Shown in pieces: positions 31,017-40,036 of a stretch of 64,000 nucleotides of DNA. Under the pieces are notes generated by a model, which made no database searches, had not been told where the DNA came from, and saw only the letters and a list, made by a program, of their open reading frames with translations. The DNA is from an uncultured Spirochaetota bacterium (GTDB taxonomy: Bacteria; Spirochaetota; Spirochaetia; SZUA-6; CAVTHK01). The stretch is taken from positions 320,001 through 384,000 of the forward strand of contig CAVTHK010000009.1 in assembly GCA_963734495.1 (NCBI GenBank), in the 5' to 3' direction. The translations under genes and the position numbers were made by a program. Numbering within the stretch: the stretch's first letter is position 1; the number at the start of each line of letters is the position of its first letter.

Positions 31017-32370
31017 GTGTTCTCCGTCGGCTTCATCAGCCTCGGCTGCGTCAAGAACCTCGTCGACTCGCAGATCATGGCGGGCGAGCTGCTCGCCGCC
31101 GGCGTGCCCCTGGCGCCCAGCCCGGAGCAGGCCGAGGTCGTCATCGTCAACACCTGCGCGTTCATCGCCGACGCGCGCGCCGAGAGCGCGCAGGCCATAG
31201 AGAGCGCCTGTCGCCTCAAGGCCCTCGGGCGCGTCCGCGCGGTCGTCGTCGCCGGCTGTTTCCCGCAGCGCGAGCGCGACCGGCTCTTCGCCATGTTCCC
31301 GGCCGTCGACGTCGTGATGGGCGTGGACGAGCTGCGCGAGGTCGCCTCCGTCGTCGGGAGGCTCGAGGCGGGGGAGCGCACGTTCACCCTGGTGTCGGGC
31401 CACCCGCGGCGGCTCTTCGAGCCGCGCGGCGCGGCCGGTGGTCTTTACCGGGGCGCCGTACGCCTACCTCAAGATCGCCGAGGGCTGCAATCACCGGTGC
31501 GCCTTCTGCGCCATCCCCGCCATCCGCGGCCGCTTCCGCTCCCGGCCCCTCGCGCGCATCCTCGGCGAGGCCGAGAGCCTGCTCGAAGCCGGCTGCCGCG
31601 AGCTGGACCTGGTGTCGCAGGACGTGACCGCCTGCGGCATCGACCTCGACGGCCGGCCGCGCCTCGCCGAGCTCCTGCGCGCGCTCGGGCGGCTGGGCGG
31701 CCGCTTCTGGGTCCGGCTGCTCTACGGATATCCGACGCGCGTGACGCCCGCGCTCCTCGAGGCGATGGCGAGCGTGCCGCAGGTCTGCGCGTACCTCGAC
31801 GTGCCGATCCAGCACAGCCACCCCGAGGTGCTGGCGGCCATGCGCCGGGCGGACACGATCAAGGCGGTGAGCGCCCTGCCGCGCCGCGCCCGGGCCGCCC
31901 TCCCCGACGCGGCGCTGCGCACGACGTGCCTGCTCGGCTTCCCCGGCGAGCGCGAGGCGCATTTCCGTCACCTGCTGCGTCATGTTGACGAGACGGGCTA
32001 CGATCACCTCGGGGCGTTCGTCTTCTCCCCCGAGGTCGGGACGCCGGCCCTCGATCTGCCGCACCGGCCGCGGCCCTCGACGGCCGCGCGGCGGCTCGAC
32101 GAGCTGCTGCGCCTGCAGCGGAAGGTCGTGCAGCGGCGCAATGCCTCGCGCGTCGGGCGGGAGGCGACGGTGCTGCTGGAGAGGCGTGCGGGCCGCGGCC
32201 GCACCTGGGTGGGCCGCAGCGCCCGGGAGGCGCCCGAGGTGGACGGCGTGATCCGCGTGCACGCCGTTCCGGAAGGCGCGAGGGCAGGCGACTTCGTGCG
32301 CGTGCGCATCACCGGCTCGTCGGGCTACGACTTCGCCGCGGCCTGGGTCCCCGCTAGTCCGCCAGCCTGA
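31017..32370 (+). CDS. rimO: Ribosomal protein S12 methylthiotransferase RimO (frameshift near 31430)
   Basis: SLGCVKNLVDS, NTCAFI, YLKIAEGCNHRCAFCAIP, RLLYGYP, APEVDG (TRAM domain). Confidence 0.93.
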
Positions 32371-33928
32371 GCGTGTCGTAGCTCAAGGCGAGCGTCGGCC
32401 CCAACTTGACGTCCTTGACGCCAGGCCGGGCAAAGACGTACAGGCGGCTCTGCAGGAGCGGGATGGTCGGCACCTCGTCCGTCCAGGCCTTCTGGATCGT
32501 CTCGAAGATCTGCCGGCGCGCGTCCGGCTGCGCGCTGCCCCGCTCGGCGGCGAGCCACCCGTCCCACGCGGCGCTGGCGAAGTTGATCCCCATCCCGGCG
32601 CTTTCCGCGGTCCCGGCGAACGGGGAGGTGTAGTCGTCCGGGTCGACGTAGTCGGGATACCACCCCAGGAGCCAGGCGGCCATCTGCTTGCTCTTCCACT
32701 GGTCCCTGAAGGTCGCCCAATCGGCGGTCCTGACCGTGACCCGGATGGCCCCGCTCCTCTCCAGCTGCCCTTTGAGAGCCTCGGCCATGGCGCGCTCGGA
32801 GTCGCCGTAGCGGTCCGGTGCGCACCACAGGTCGAATCTCAACGGCCTCGCGGCGCTGTAGCCGGCCGCGGCCAGGAGCAGCTCCGCCCTTACCGGGTCG
32901 GGCTTCTCACCGTAGGCATCCTTGAAGGCAGGCACGTGCCAGGGCACGCCGGCGGGGATCATCGAGTACAAGGCGGAGCTCAGGCCGCGGAACGCCTGAT
33001 CGGCAATCTCCTGCCTGTCGACGAGCGCGGCGACTGCCTGGCGAAGCCGCTTGTCGCTGAAGACCAGCGTCGAGGTCTCGAAGCTCAGGGTGCGGATCTG
33101 CGGGCCGTCGAACCGCCAGGTGACGATGTCGGGCTCCTTCGACAGCTCCCCGATGTCCGAAGGGCTGAAGCTCCGGAACGCGAGGTCGACCTCGCCCTTC
33201 TCGAGGGCGGCACGCATCGCGGCGGCATCGGCGAAATACCGGATGACGATGCGCTTCACCCCCGGCTGAGGGCCCCGCCAGGCGGGGCTGGGCTCGAGCA
33301 CGAGCTCGCGGCCGCGCTCGAACGAGACCAGCCGGTACGGACCCAGCCCGGCCGGGCTTCCACCGGCGAGCTCGTCGACGTCGTGGACGAGCCTGTCCGG
33401 CGGGTAGACCTTCGGGGCGACCGGGAAGTAGGGGGGCGTCGCGGCCAGCGCCGGAAAGAAGGCTGCCGGCTCCTTGAGGCTGAACCTGACCGTGTACCGG
33501 TCGACCACGTCGACCTGCCTGACGAAATCGGTGACGAGCCACGACACGTCGCCCTTGAGCCGCGCGACGCGGTCGATGGACCACTTTACCGCTTCGGCGT
33601 CGAACGGGGTGCCGTCGCTGAACCTGAGATTCCTGCGCAGCCTGAACGTGAACTCGTCGCCCTTGTCGTTGGCCGCGTAGCTCTCCGCGAGGCCCGGCGA
33701 CAGGTTCCTCGTGCCTGGCTCGTAGACGACGAGCCCCCGGCAGATGTTCTGGAGGATCTCCCAGGTGTGGAAGTCGTACGCGCTCGCCGGGTCCATATCG
33801 GTCACCCTCTCGGTGGTGCCGTAGACCAGCGTTTTCGCCGCTGAAGCCGGGGCCACGCGGCCACAGCCCGCCAGGACGAGCCCGGAGGCCAGCGCGACGG
33901 GCAGCAAAGCCGATGGGAGCCTGCGCAT
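32354..33928 (-). CDS. ABC transporter substrate-binding lipoprotein, family 5 (peptide/nickel)
   Basis: Lipobox LAGC, PGLAES, FSDGTPFDAEAVKWS, GLGPY, WYPDYVDP. Confidence 0.9.
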   Translation of the reverse strand: MRRLPSALLPVALASGLVLAGCGRVAPASAAKTLVYGTTERVTDMDPASAYDFHTWEILQNICRGLVVYEPGTRNLSPGLAESYAANDKGDEFTFRLRRNLRFSDGTPFDAEAVKWSIDRVARLKGDVSWLVTDFVRQVDVVDRYTVRFSLKEPAAFFPALAATPPYFPVAPKVYPPDRLVHDVDELAGGSPAGLGPYRLVSFERGRELVLEPSPAWRGPQPGVKRIVIRYFADAAAMRAALEKGEVDLAFRSFSPSDIGELSKEPDIVTWRFDGPQIRTLSFETSTLVFSDKRLRQAVAALVDRQEIADQAFRGLSSALYSMIPAGVPWHVPAFKDAYGEKPDPVRAELLLAAAGYSAARPLRFDLWCAPDRYGDSERAMAEALKGQLERSGAIRVTVRTADWATFRDQWKSKQMAAWLLGWYPDYVDPDDYTSPFAGTAESAGMGINFASAAWDGWLAAERGSAQPDARRQIFETIQKAWTDEVPTIPLLQSRLYVFARPGVKDVKLGPTLALSYDTLRLAD

Positions 33929-34130
33929 GGGCTTGTTCGTTCGAAGTGAACCGTATTCGTTCCCGCCGCCGCGGTCAACTCGCCGGCGGATTGCGAATTT
34001 TGCATCCGGCCGCAGGCGCGGCGGGCCGGAGCGGCCGGGCGGCGACGAGCCCGGCGCTTGTACGCCTTGACTGCGGCGGGGTGCGGAGTTACTGTCTTTC
34101 TCAAGCATCTCAGTTGACAAGGAGAAGTGA

Positions 34131-34544
34131 CTGTTCACACTGTCCGCCCGTGCCGTGTATGGCCTCACCGCCGTGGTAGAGCTGGCCCGGCGCCACGATC
34201 GGGGGCCGGTCCAGATCCGCGACATCGCGGACACGCACGGCATTCCGCAGCACTATCTGGAGCAGATCCTCGTCGCCTTGAAGAAATCCGGGATCGTCGA
34301 AAGCGTTCGGGGCGCGCAGGGGGGCTATTCGCTGGCGCGCCCACCTGCGGCGATCCCCGTGGAGGAGGTGCTCGCGGTCCTCGACGGCAAGCTCGAGCTC
34401 GTGGCCGAGGGATGGCGCGAAGGCGCGCTCTCCTTCTACTGGAAGCAGGTCGAAGAGGGGCTCCGGCGGGCCATCACCGGCAACGTCCAGGAGCTCCTGC
34501 TGCGTCTCGAGCACGCCGATGGACAACTTCACTATAGCATTTGA
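34131..34544 (+). CDS. Rrf2 family regulator, CymR-like (no Cys)
   Basis: YLEQIL...VESVRGAQGGYSLAR. The frame extends to CTG 34131, 6 nt after AAGGAG. Confidence 0.9.
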   Translation: MFTLSARAVYGLTAVVELARRHDRGPVQIRDIADTHGIPQHYLEQILVALKKSGIVESVRGAQGGYSLARPPAAIPVEEVLAVLDGKLELVAEGWREGALSFYWKQVEEGLRRAITGNVQELLLRLEHADGQLHYSI

Positions 34545-34568
34545 CCTGTCCGGTGCCCTTTCTCTTAC

Positions 34569-34597
34569 TTGACCATTCTTATTTGCTTTGGTAGTTT
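34569..34597 (+). promoter_or_regulatory. Sigma70-type promoter for the sulfur-carrier operon
   Basis: TTGACC-17 nt-TAGTTT with an extended TG in an AT-rich intergenic gap. Confidence 0.6.
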
Positions 34598-34636
34598 AAT
34601 GTTGACTTTCAAGAGTGACAAACTGAAGGAGCCCAC

Positions 34637-34846
34637 ATGACGCTGACGATCAACGGCAAACGCGAAGAGCTCGCCGCAGATCGACTGACGGTCGTCGAGC
34701 TGCTCAAGCTCAGGGACGTTTCCATGCCCAACATGGTCTCGGTACAGCTCAACGGCGACATCCTGAGCCGTCCCGACTACGCCGCGACGATCGTCAAGGA
34801 CAACGACCAGGTCGAGTTCCTCTATTTCATGGGGGGCGGTTGCTGA
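34637..34846 (+). CDS. ThiS/MoaD-like sulfur carrier with masked C-terminus (HcyS-like)
   Basis: MTLTING...VQLNG...VEFLYFMGGGC. Confidence 0.92.
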   Translation: MTLTINGKREELAADRLTVVELLKLRDVSMPNMVSVQLNGDILSRPDYAATIVKDNDQVEFLYFMGGGC

Positions 34847-34847
34847 C

Positions 34848-36098
34848 GTGACTGACTGGGGGTTCGAGACCAGGGCGATCCACGTCGGCGCGGAGATCTC
34901 GAAAGAGTGGGGGGCGACCCAGACGCCGCTCTACCAGTCGGCAGCGTTTGCCCATCCGGGCCTCGAAGAGGTCGAGGACGTCTTCGCGGGCAGGCGCGGG
35001 GGGTTCCTCTATTCGCGCATCGGCAATCCGACCGTCAGCGTGTTCGAGCAGCGGATGGCGGCTCTCGAGGGCGGCGTGGGGGCGCTGGCCGCGGCCTCGG
35101 GCATGGCCGCGATCGCGACCGTGGCCTTCGCGCTCACGCGGCAGGGTGACCGGATCGTGGCGAGCTCCAGCCTCTTCGGCGGGACGCTCGGGCTCTTCGA
35201 CCGCGTGTTCGGCCGCTACGGGGTGGAGACCCGCTACGTCAGCCCGACCGACCTCGACGCGGTCCGCGCCGCGATCACGGGCCGCACCCGCCTGCTCTTC
35301 GTGGAGACGATCGGGAACCCCAGGGTCGACGTCCCCGACGTGCAGGCCCTCGCCGCCGTCGCGTCCGAGCGGGGCGTGCCCCTGGTCGTCGACGGCACGC
35401 TGTCCACGCCGTACCTGTTCCGGGCCAAGGAACACGGAGCGGCGATCGTCGTGCACTCGGCCACCAAGTACATCACGGGCAACGGCAGCGCGGTGGGCGG
35501 CGTCCTCGTGGACCTGGGCACGTTCGACTGGTCGACCCACCCCGACCCCGACCTCCGCGACGCCTCGCGCAAGGTGGGGCGCGAGCTTGCGTTCCTCAGC
35601 ACGGCGCGCCGCGTCGTGCACGCGAACGTCGGCGGCTCGCAGTCGCCGATGAACGCGTGGCTCCACGCGATCGGCCTGGAGACGCTCGCCCTCCGCATGG
35701 AGCGCCACTGCAGCAACGCCCTCGCGCTGGCGCGGGCGCTCGCGGCCCACCGGGGCGTCGAAGCCGTGGGCTACCCCGGGCTCGACGACAGCCCGTGGCA
35801 CGCCACCGCGGAGCGGCAGTTCGGCGGCCGCTACGGGGCGCTGCTCACGGTGCGGCTGGGCAGCCGCGAGCGCTGCTTCCGGGCGAGCCGGGCGCTGCGG
35901 CTCGCGCGCATCACCCCGAACCTCGGGGACGCGCGCACGCTGGTCATCCACCCGGCATCGTCGATCTACCGGGATGCCGACGAAAAGGCGAGGCTCGCCG
36001 CGGGGGCGCCCGACGACCTGCTGCGGGTGAGCGTCGGGATCGAGACGCCGGCGGACATCGTGGCCGATTTCGAGCAGGCCATATCGGCCGCGGGCTGA
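34848..36098 (+). CDS. metY: O-acetylhomoserine aminocarboxypropyltransferase (MetY-like)
   Basis: YSRIGNPT, ASGMAAI, ETIGNP, HSATKY (PLP lysine), NLGDARTLVIHPAS. Confidence 0.88.
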   Translation: MTDWGFETRAIHVGAEISKEWGATQTPLYQSAAFAHPGLEEVEDVFAGRRGGFLYSRIGNPTVSVFEQRMAALEGGVGALAAASGMAAIATVAFALTRQGDRIVASSSLFGGTLGLFDRVFGRYGVETRYVSPTDLDAVRAAITGRTRLLFVETIGNPRVDVPDVQALAAVASERGVPLVVDGTLSTPYLFRAKEHGAAIVVHSATKYITGNGSAVGGVLVDLGTFDWSTHPDPDLRDASRKVGRELAFLSTARRVVHANVGGSQSPMNAWLHAIGLETLALRMERHCSNALALARALAAHRGVEAVGYPGLDDSPWHATAERQFGGRYGALLTVRLGSRERCFRASRALRLARITPNLGDARTLVIHPASSIYRDADEKARLAAGAPDDLLRVSVGIETPADIVADFEQAISAAG

Positions 36099-36112
36099 AA
36101 GGGGGAGGACGC

Positions 36113-36946
36113 ATGGGACTGCGGGAAGACCAGATCGTCCGTTACAGCCGCCACATCCTGCTCCAGGGCGTGGGCGGCACAGGCCAGGAGAAGCTCCTCA
36201 GCTCGAAAGTCCTGGTGGTCGGCGCCGGCGGGCTCGGGTCCCCGATCGCGCTCTACCTGGCCGCCGCGGGGGTCGGGACGCTCGGGATCGTGGACTTCGA
36301 CCGCGTGGACCTGAGCAACCTGCAGAGGCAGATCCTGCACGGGACGGCCGACGTGGGCCGCGAGAAGGTCCTCTCGGCGCGGGAGAGCATCGAGCGGATC
36401 AACCCGGACGTCAAGGTCGTCGCGATCGCGGAGCGGCTCGGCGCGGACAACATCCGCGACGTGATCCGCGAGTACGACTTTGTCGTGGAGGGCACGGACA
36501 ACTTTCCCACCAAGTTCCTCGTCAACGACGCCTGCGTGTTCGAGGGCAAGGCCTTCAACCAGGGCGGCATGCTCCGCTTCCAGGGCCAGACCATGACCTA
36601 CGAGCCGGGCCACGCCTGCTACCGCTGCGTCTACGTCGAGCCGCCGCCCAGGGGCGCCGTGCCCACGTGCAGCGAGGCCGGCGTCCTCGGCGCGATCTCG
36701 GGGATGCTCGGCACGATGCAGGCGGCCGAGGCGCTGAAGTACCTGCTGGGGATCGGCGAGACGCTCACCGACCGCGTGCTGATGTTCGACGCGCTCACGA
36801 TGGACTATCGCACCGTGCGCGTGAGGCGCAACCCCCGCTGCCCGGTCTGCGGCGAGCACCCGACCATCACTGAGCTCAGGGAGTACGAGCAGCCGGCGTG
36901 CGACCTGGATCCGGCCGCGTCCGTCCCCAAGGAAGGATCGGTATGA
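36113..36946 (+). CDS. MoeB/ThiF family adenylyltransferase (HcyF-like)
   Basis: RYSRHI, GAGGLGS, SNLQRQ, CYRC, TCSEAGV, CPVC. Confidence 0.93.
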   Translation: MGLREDQIVRYSRHILLQGVGGTGQEKLLSSKVLVVGAGGLGSPIALYLAAAGVGTLGIVDFDRVDLSNLQRQILHGTADVGREKVLSARESIERINPDVKVVAIAERLGADNIRDVIREYDFVVEGTDNFPTKFLVNDACVFEGKAFNQGGMLRFQGQTMTYEPGHACYRCVYVEPPPRGAVPTCSEAGVLGAISGMLGTMQAAEALKYLLGIGETLTDRVLMFDALTMDYRTVRVRRNPRCPVCGEHPTITELREYEQPACDLDPAASVPKEGSV

Positions 36947-37482
36947 GCACCGAAGTCATCGACAGGCCGCGCGCCGAAACGCAGCCCGAGAAGGCCGCGA
37001 CTCCCGCGGCGAAGAAGAAGCTTTCCATCGTCTGCTTCAGCGGCGACTTCGACCATGCCGTCGCGGTCTTCACGCTCGCCTCGGGGGCGGCGGCCGTCAA
37101 CTACGAGGTGAACCTGTTCTTCACCTTCTGGGGGCTGAATCTGGTCAAGAACAAGAGGGGAAGGAAGTTCTCGGGCAAGGGACTGCCCGCCCGTGCCTTC
37201 AACTGGCTCCAGGGCGGCCTGGCGAACGCGCCCATGAGCCGGCTCAACTTCGGAGGCTTCAGCCCGTGGCTCATGCGGCGGCTGATGCGCAAGCGCAACG
37301 TCGCCACGCTCGAGGAGCTCCTCGAGGCGAGCCGGGCGCTCGGCGTCGGGCTCTATGCCTGCGAGATGTCGATGAACATCCTCGGCATCGGGAAAGAGGA
37401 CTTCATCCCCGAGATCAGGGACGTGATCGGCGTCCCGAAGTTCCTGCAGCTCGCGCAGGGCGGGGAGACGCTGTTCATATGA
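36943..37482 (+). CDS. DsrE/DsrF-like (DsrE2/DrsH) sulfur relay protein
   Basis: KKLSIVCFSGD, LFFTFWGL, ACEMSM. Confidence 0.88.
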   Translation: MSTEVIDRPRAETQPEKAATPAAKKKLSIVCFSGDFDHAVAVFTLASGAAAVNYEVNLFFTFWGLNLVKNKRGRKFSGKGLPARAFNWLQGGLANAPMSRLNFGGFSPWLMRRLMRKRNVATLEELLEASRALGVGLYACEMSMNILGIGKEDFIPEIRDVIGVPKFLQLAQGGETLFI

Positions 37483-37703
37483 AGAAGACGCTCGACATCA
37501 CGCGCGATCACTGCCCGATGACCTTCGTCAGGACGAAGCTGGAGCTCGAGAAGCTCGCGTCCGGCGACCTGCTCGAGGTCCTGCTCTCCGGCCGCGAGCC
37601 CCTGGAGAACGTGCCGCGCTCCGCCGCGGAGGCGGGCTATCGCGTGCTCTCGGTGACGCCCGCCGGCGCGGACCGCGCCACGGTCGTGATCGAGAAGCCA
37701 TGA
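37479..37703 (+). CDS. TusA/SirA family sulfurtransferase
   Basis: LDITRDHCPMTFVRTKLELEKL...GDLLEV. Confidence 0.9.
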   Translation: MKKTLDITRDHCPMTFVRTKLELEKLASGDLLEVLLSGREPLENVPRSAAEAGYRVLSVTPAGADRATVVIEKP

Positions 37704-38114
37704 CGCTCGAGTCCCGGATCGTCGCGCGCATCGCGGAGCAGGCGCGCGCCGAGGCTCCGAACGAGGCCTGCGGCTACCTCGCGGGGACGGGCGACCGCGC
37801 GAAGGTCGCGATCCCGATGCGGAACGTCGACGCCAGCCCGGAGCATTACTCGTTCGATCCCAGGCAGCAGTTCGCCGCGGTCAAAGAGGCCCGCGCCGTC
37901 GGGTCTCGACCTGATCGCGGTTTACCACAGCCACCCCGCGACCCCGGCGCGCATGAGCGCGGAGGACATCCGGCTCGCCAACGACACGGGCGTGGTCTAC
38001 ATCATCTACTCGCTGGCGGAGGAGACGCTCAAGGGGTTCCGCGTGAGCCGCGACAAGGTCGTGAGCGAGGTCCCCGTGGAGGTGGTCTCCGACGCCAGCG
38101 AAGCCGGTCATTGA
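37700..38114 (+). CDS. JAB/Mov34 (JAMM) metallopeptidase, HcyD/Mec-like (frameshift near 37905)
   Basis: PNEACGYL in the first frame, then AVYHSHPATPARMSAED (JAMM motif) after the shift. Confidence 0.88.
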
Positions 38115-38139
38115 TAGCCGGCTGTCAAGGAGAACCCTC

Positions 38140-39055
38140 ATGGAGACGAAGCGCTCCCGCGTTCCCTTCATATTGACCGGCATTGACGACGGCCCTCGGC
38201 GCGGCCTTCGCGGACAACAGCGCGACCGGCGCGGCGCCGCCGATCGTGGACGCGGCGTGGCTCGCCGCACGGCTCGGCCGCCCGGGCGTGGTGGTCGTCG
38301 AAGTCGGGACGAAGGCGGAGGACTACGCAGCCGACCACATCCCGGGAGCGGTCTACCTCGAGCTCAAGTCGATCTACGACACCGTCAACGGCGTCCCCGG
38401 GATGTTCCCGGGCGTGAAGACGGCCGTCGACGCGCTCGAGCGGATCGGCGTCGGCGACGACGCCAGCGTGGTGTTCTACGACGGCGCCGAGAGCCTGTGG
38501 TCCGCCCGCGCGTTCTGGGCCCTGGAGTACCTCGGCCACGAGAACGTGCACGTCCTGAACGGCGGCCTCGCCAGGTGGGAGGAAGAAGGGCGGCCGTTGA
38601 GCCGCGCGGTGCCGAAACCGGCCCGTGCGGGCTTCACGGCTCGCGTCGTCCCGGACCGCCTGGCGAGCAGGGACACGGTGCTCGCGTGCATCGCCAGGCC
38701 CGACACGCAGATCATCGACGCCCGCTCGCACGACGAGTACGTCGGCACGGACGCGCGGGCGCGCCGCGCGGGACACATCCCCGGGGCCGTCAACATCGAC
38801 TGGATGGAGAACACGGTGGGCGACGCCGGCAAGCAGATCCTCGACGACCAGGCCCTCGCGGCGGTGTACAAGGACGCGGGCATCACGAAGGACAAGAACG
38901 TCATCACTCACTGCCAGACGGGCGTGCGCGCGGCCAACACGTACCTCGCGCTTCGCAACCTCGGCTACACCAACGTGGCCCTCTACGACGGCTCGTGGGC
39001 GGAGTGGGGCAACGAGAGCGACACTCCCGTCGTGAGCGGCGCCGCGTCGAAATAG
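38140..39055 (+). CDS. Tandem-domain rhodanese/thiosulfate sulfurtransferase (indel near 38180)
   Basis: HIPGAV twice, LNGG, IIDARS, active-site CQTGVR, YDGSWAEW. SD AAGGAG before ATG 38140. Confidence 0.9.
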
Positions 39056-39077
39056 GGGGGTGCCGGCTGCGTCCGCA

Positions 39078-39971
39078 TCACTGGATCTGCGCGAGCAGTG
39101 CGGCGGCCTTCTGCGCCAGGTCCGACCCCGGCGCCAGGTCGCGCGCCTGCTGCAGGCGGGCCGTCGCGTTGCGCGTGTCGCCGAGAGCGCGGCAGGCGAA
39201 GGACGCGAGGATCTGCGCCGCCTGGGCGCCGCCGCCATTCGGATGGACCGCGAGATAGCCGTCCAGGAGCGGGAGAGCGTCGACCGCGTCCGCGCTCTCT
39301 ATCAGCAGGCGGCCCTTGAGCAGCACGAAGTCTCCGTAGTAGTCCGCCTTCCGCGGCGGCGCCATCTTCGCGAGGAGCCGCAGCGCCTGGGCCCGCTGCC
39401 CGAGCAGATCGCTGGCATAGGCCTGGTAGAACAGCGCTGCCTGCTCGGTATCGCCGTCCGTTGCGCTCTCCGACGCCTTCTGGAACGCGGCAAGCGCATC
39501 CTTGTGGTTGCCCTGCTCCAGGAGCGCGAGACCCTGCTTGACCGTCTCGCTGGCCTCGTCCTCGACCCAGGTGACCGCCCCGCCCCCCTGGGCCTTGCCC
39601 CGCACGCCCATCTGCGCGGCCTGCGTCTCGGAGCCGCGGGTCCCCGAGGCCAGCGCGCCGAGCTTCGAGCCCATGACTGAAGAGATGCCCCAGGAAGAGG
39701 CGGTGCCCGCTGCCTGCAGGAGGTCCGGCAGCCGATAGGTTCCCGCCCGGCTGAGCGTGACGACGCGATCGCCGCGTGCGATCTCCGCGTACCCTCCCGC
39801 GGACAGGCGCACCGTGGCATCGGCGGGAAGATCGTCGCCGGCGTCCACGTCGAGCCACGCGGAGCCGCGCTGGACTTCGAGCCCGTCCGCAAACTGGACC
39901 GTCACGGCCTGTCCCGAGACCGGGCGAGCCGCGACCAGGGCAGCAGCCAGGAAAATGACGAACCTGCTCAT
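39078..39971 (-). CDS. Exported protein with a beta-rich N-terminal domain and C-terminal TPR repeats
   Basis: Signal peptide, MGVRG linker, TPR-like helices (GLALLEQGNHKDALAAFQKA). Confidence 0.7.
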   Translation of the reverse strand: MSRFVIFLAAALVAARPVSGQAVTVQFADGLEVQRGSAWLDVDAGDDLPADATVRLSAGGYAEIARGDRVVTLSRAGTYRLPDLLQAAGTASSWGISSVMGSKLGALASGTRGSETQAAQMGVRGKAQGGGAVTWVEDEASETVKQGLALLEQGNHKDALAAFQKASESATDGDTEQAALFYQAYASDLLGQRAQALRLLAKMAPPRKADYYGDFVLLKGRLLIESADAVDALPLLDGYLAVHPNGGGAQAAQILASFACRALGDTRNATARLQQARDLAPGSDLAQKAAALLAQIQ

Positions 39972-40036
39972 CGGCATCCCCTCACCCGCCAAAGAGTATA
40001 TGGTCGCGATCCCCCGTTTCCAATGAGCAGGGTCGC

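Noticed and set aside
34637-38114. ThiS + MoeB + JAB as a second ubiquitin-like defence system
   Set aside because: The MetY, TusA, DsrE, rhodanese and CymR-like context and host-like GC indicate sulfur metabolism. No E2 is present.
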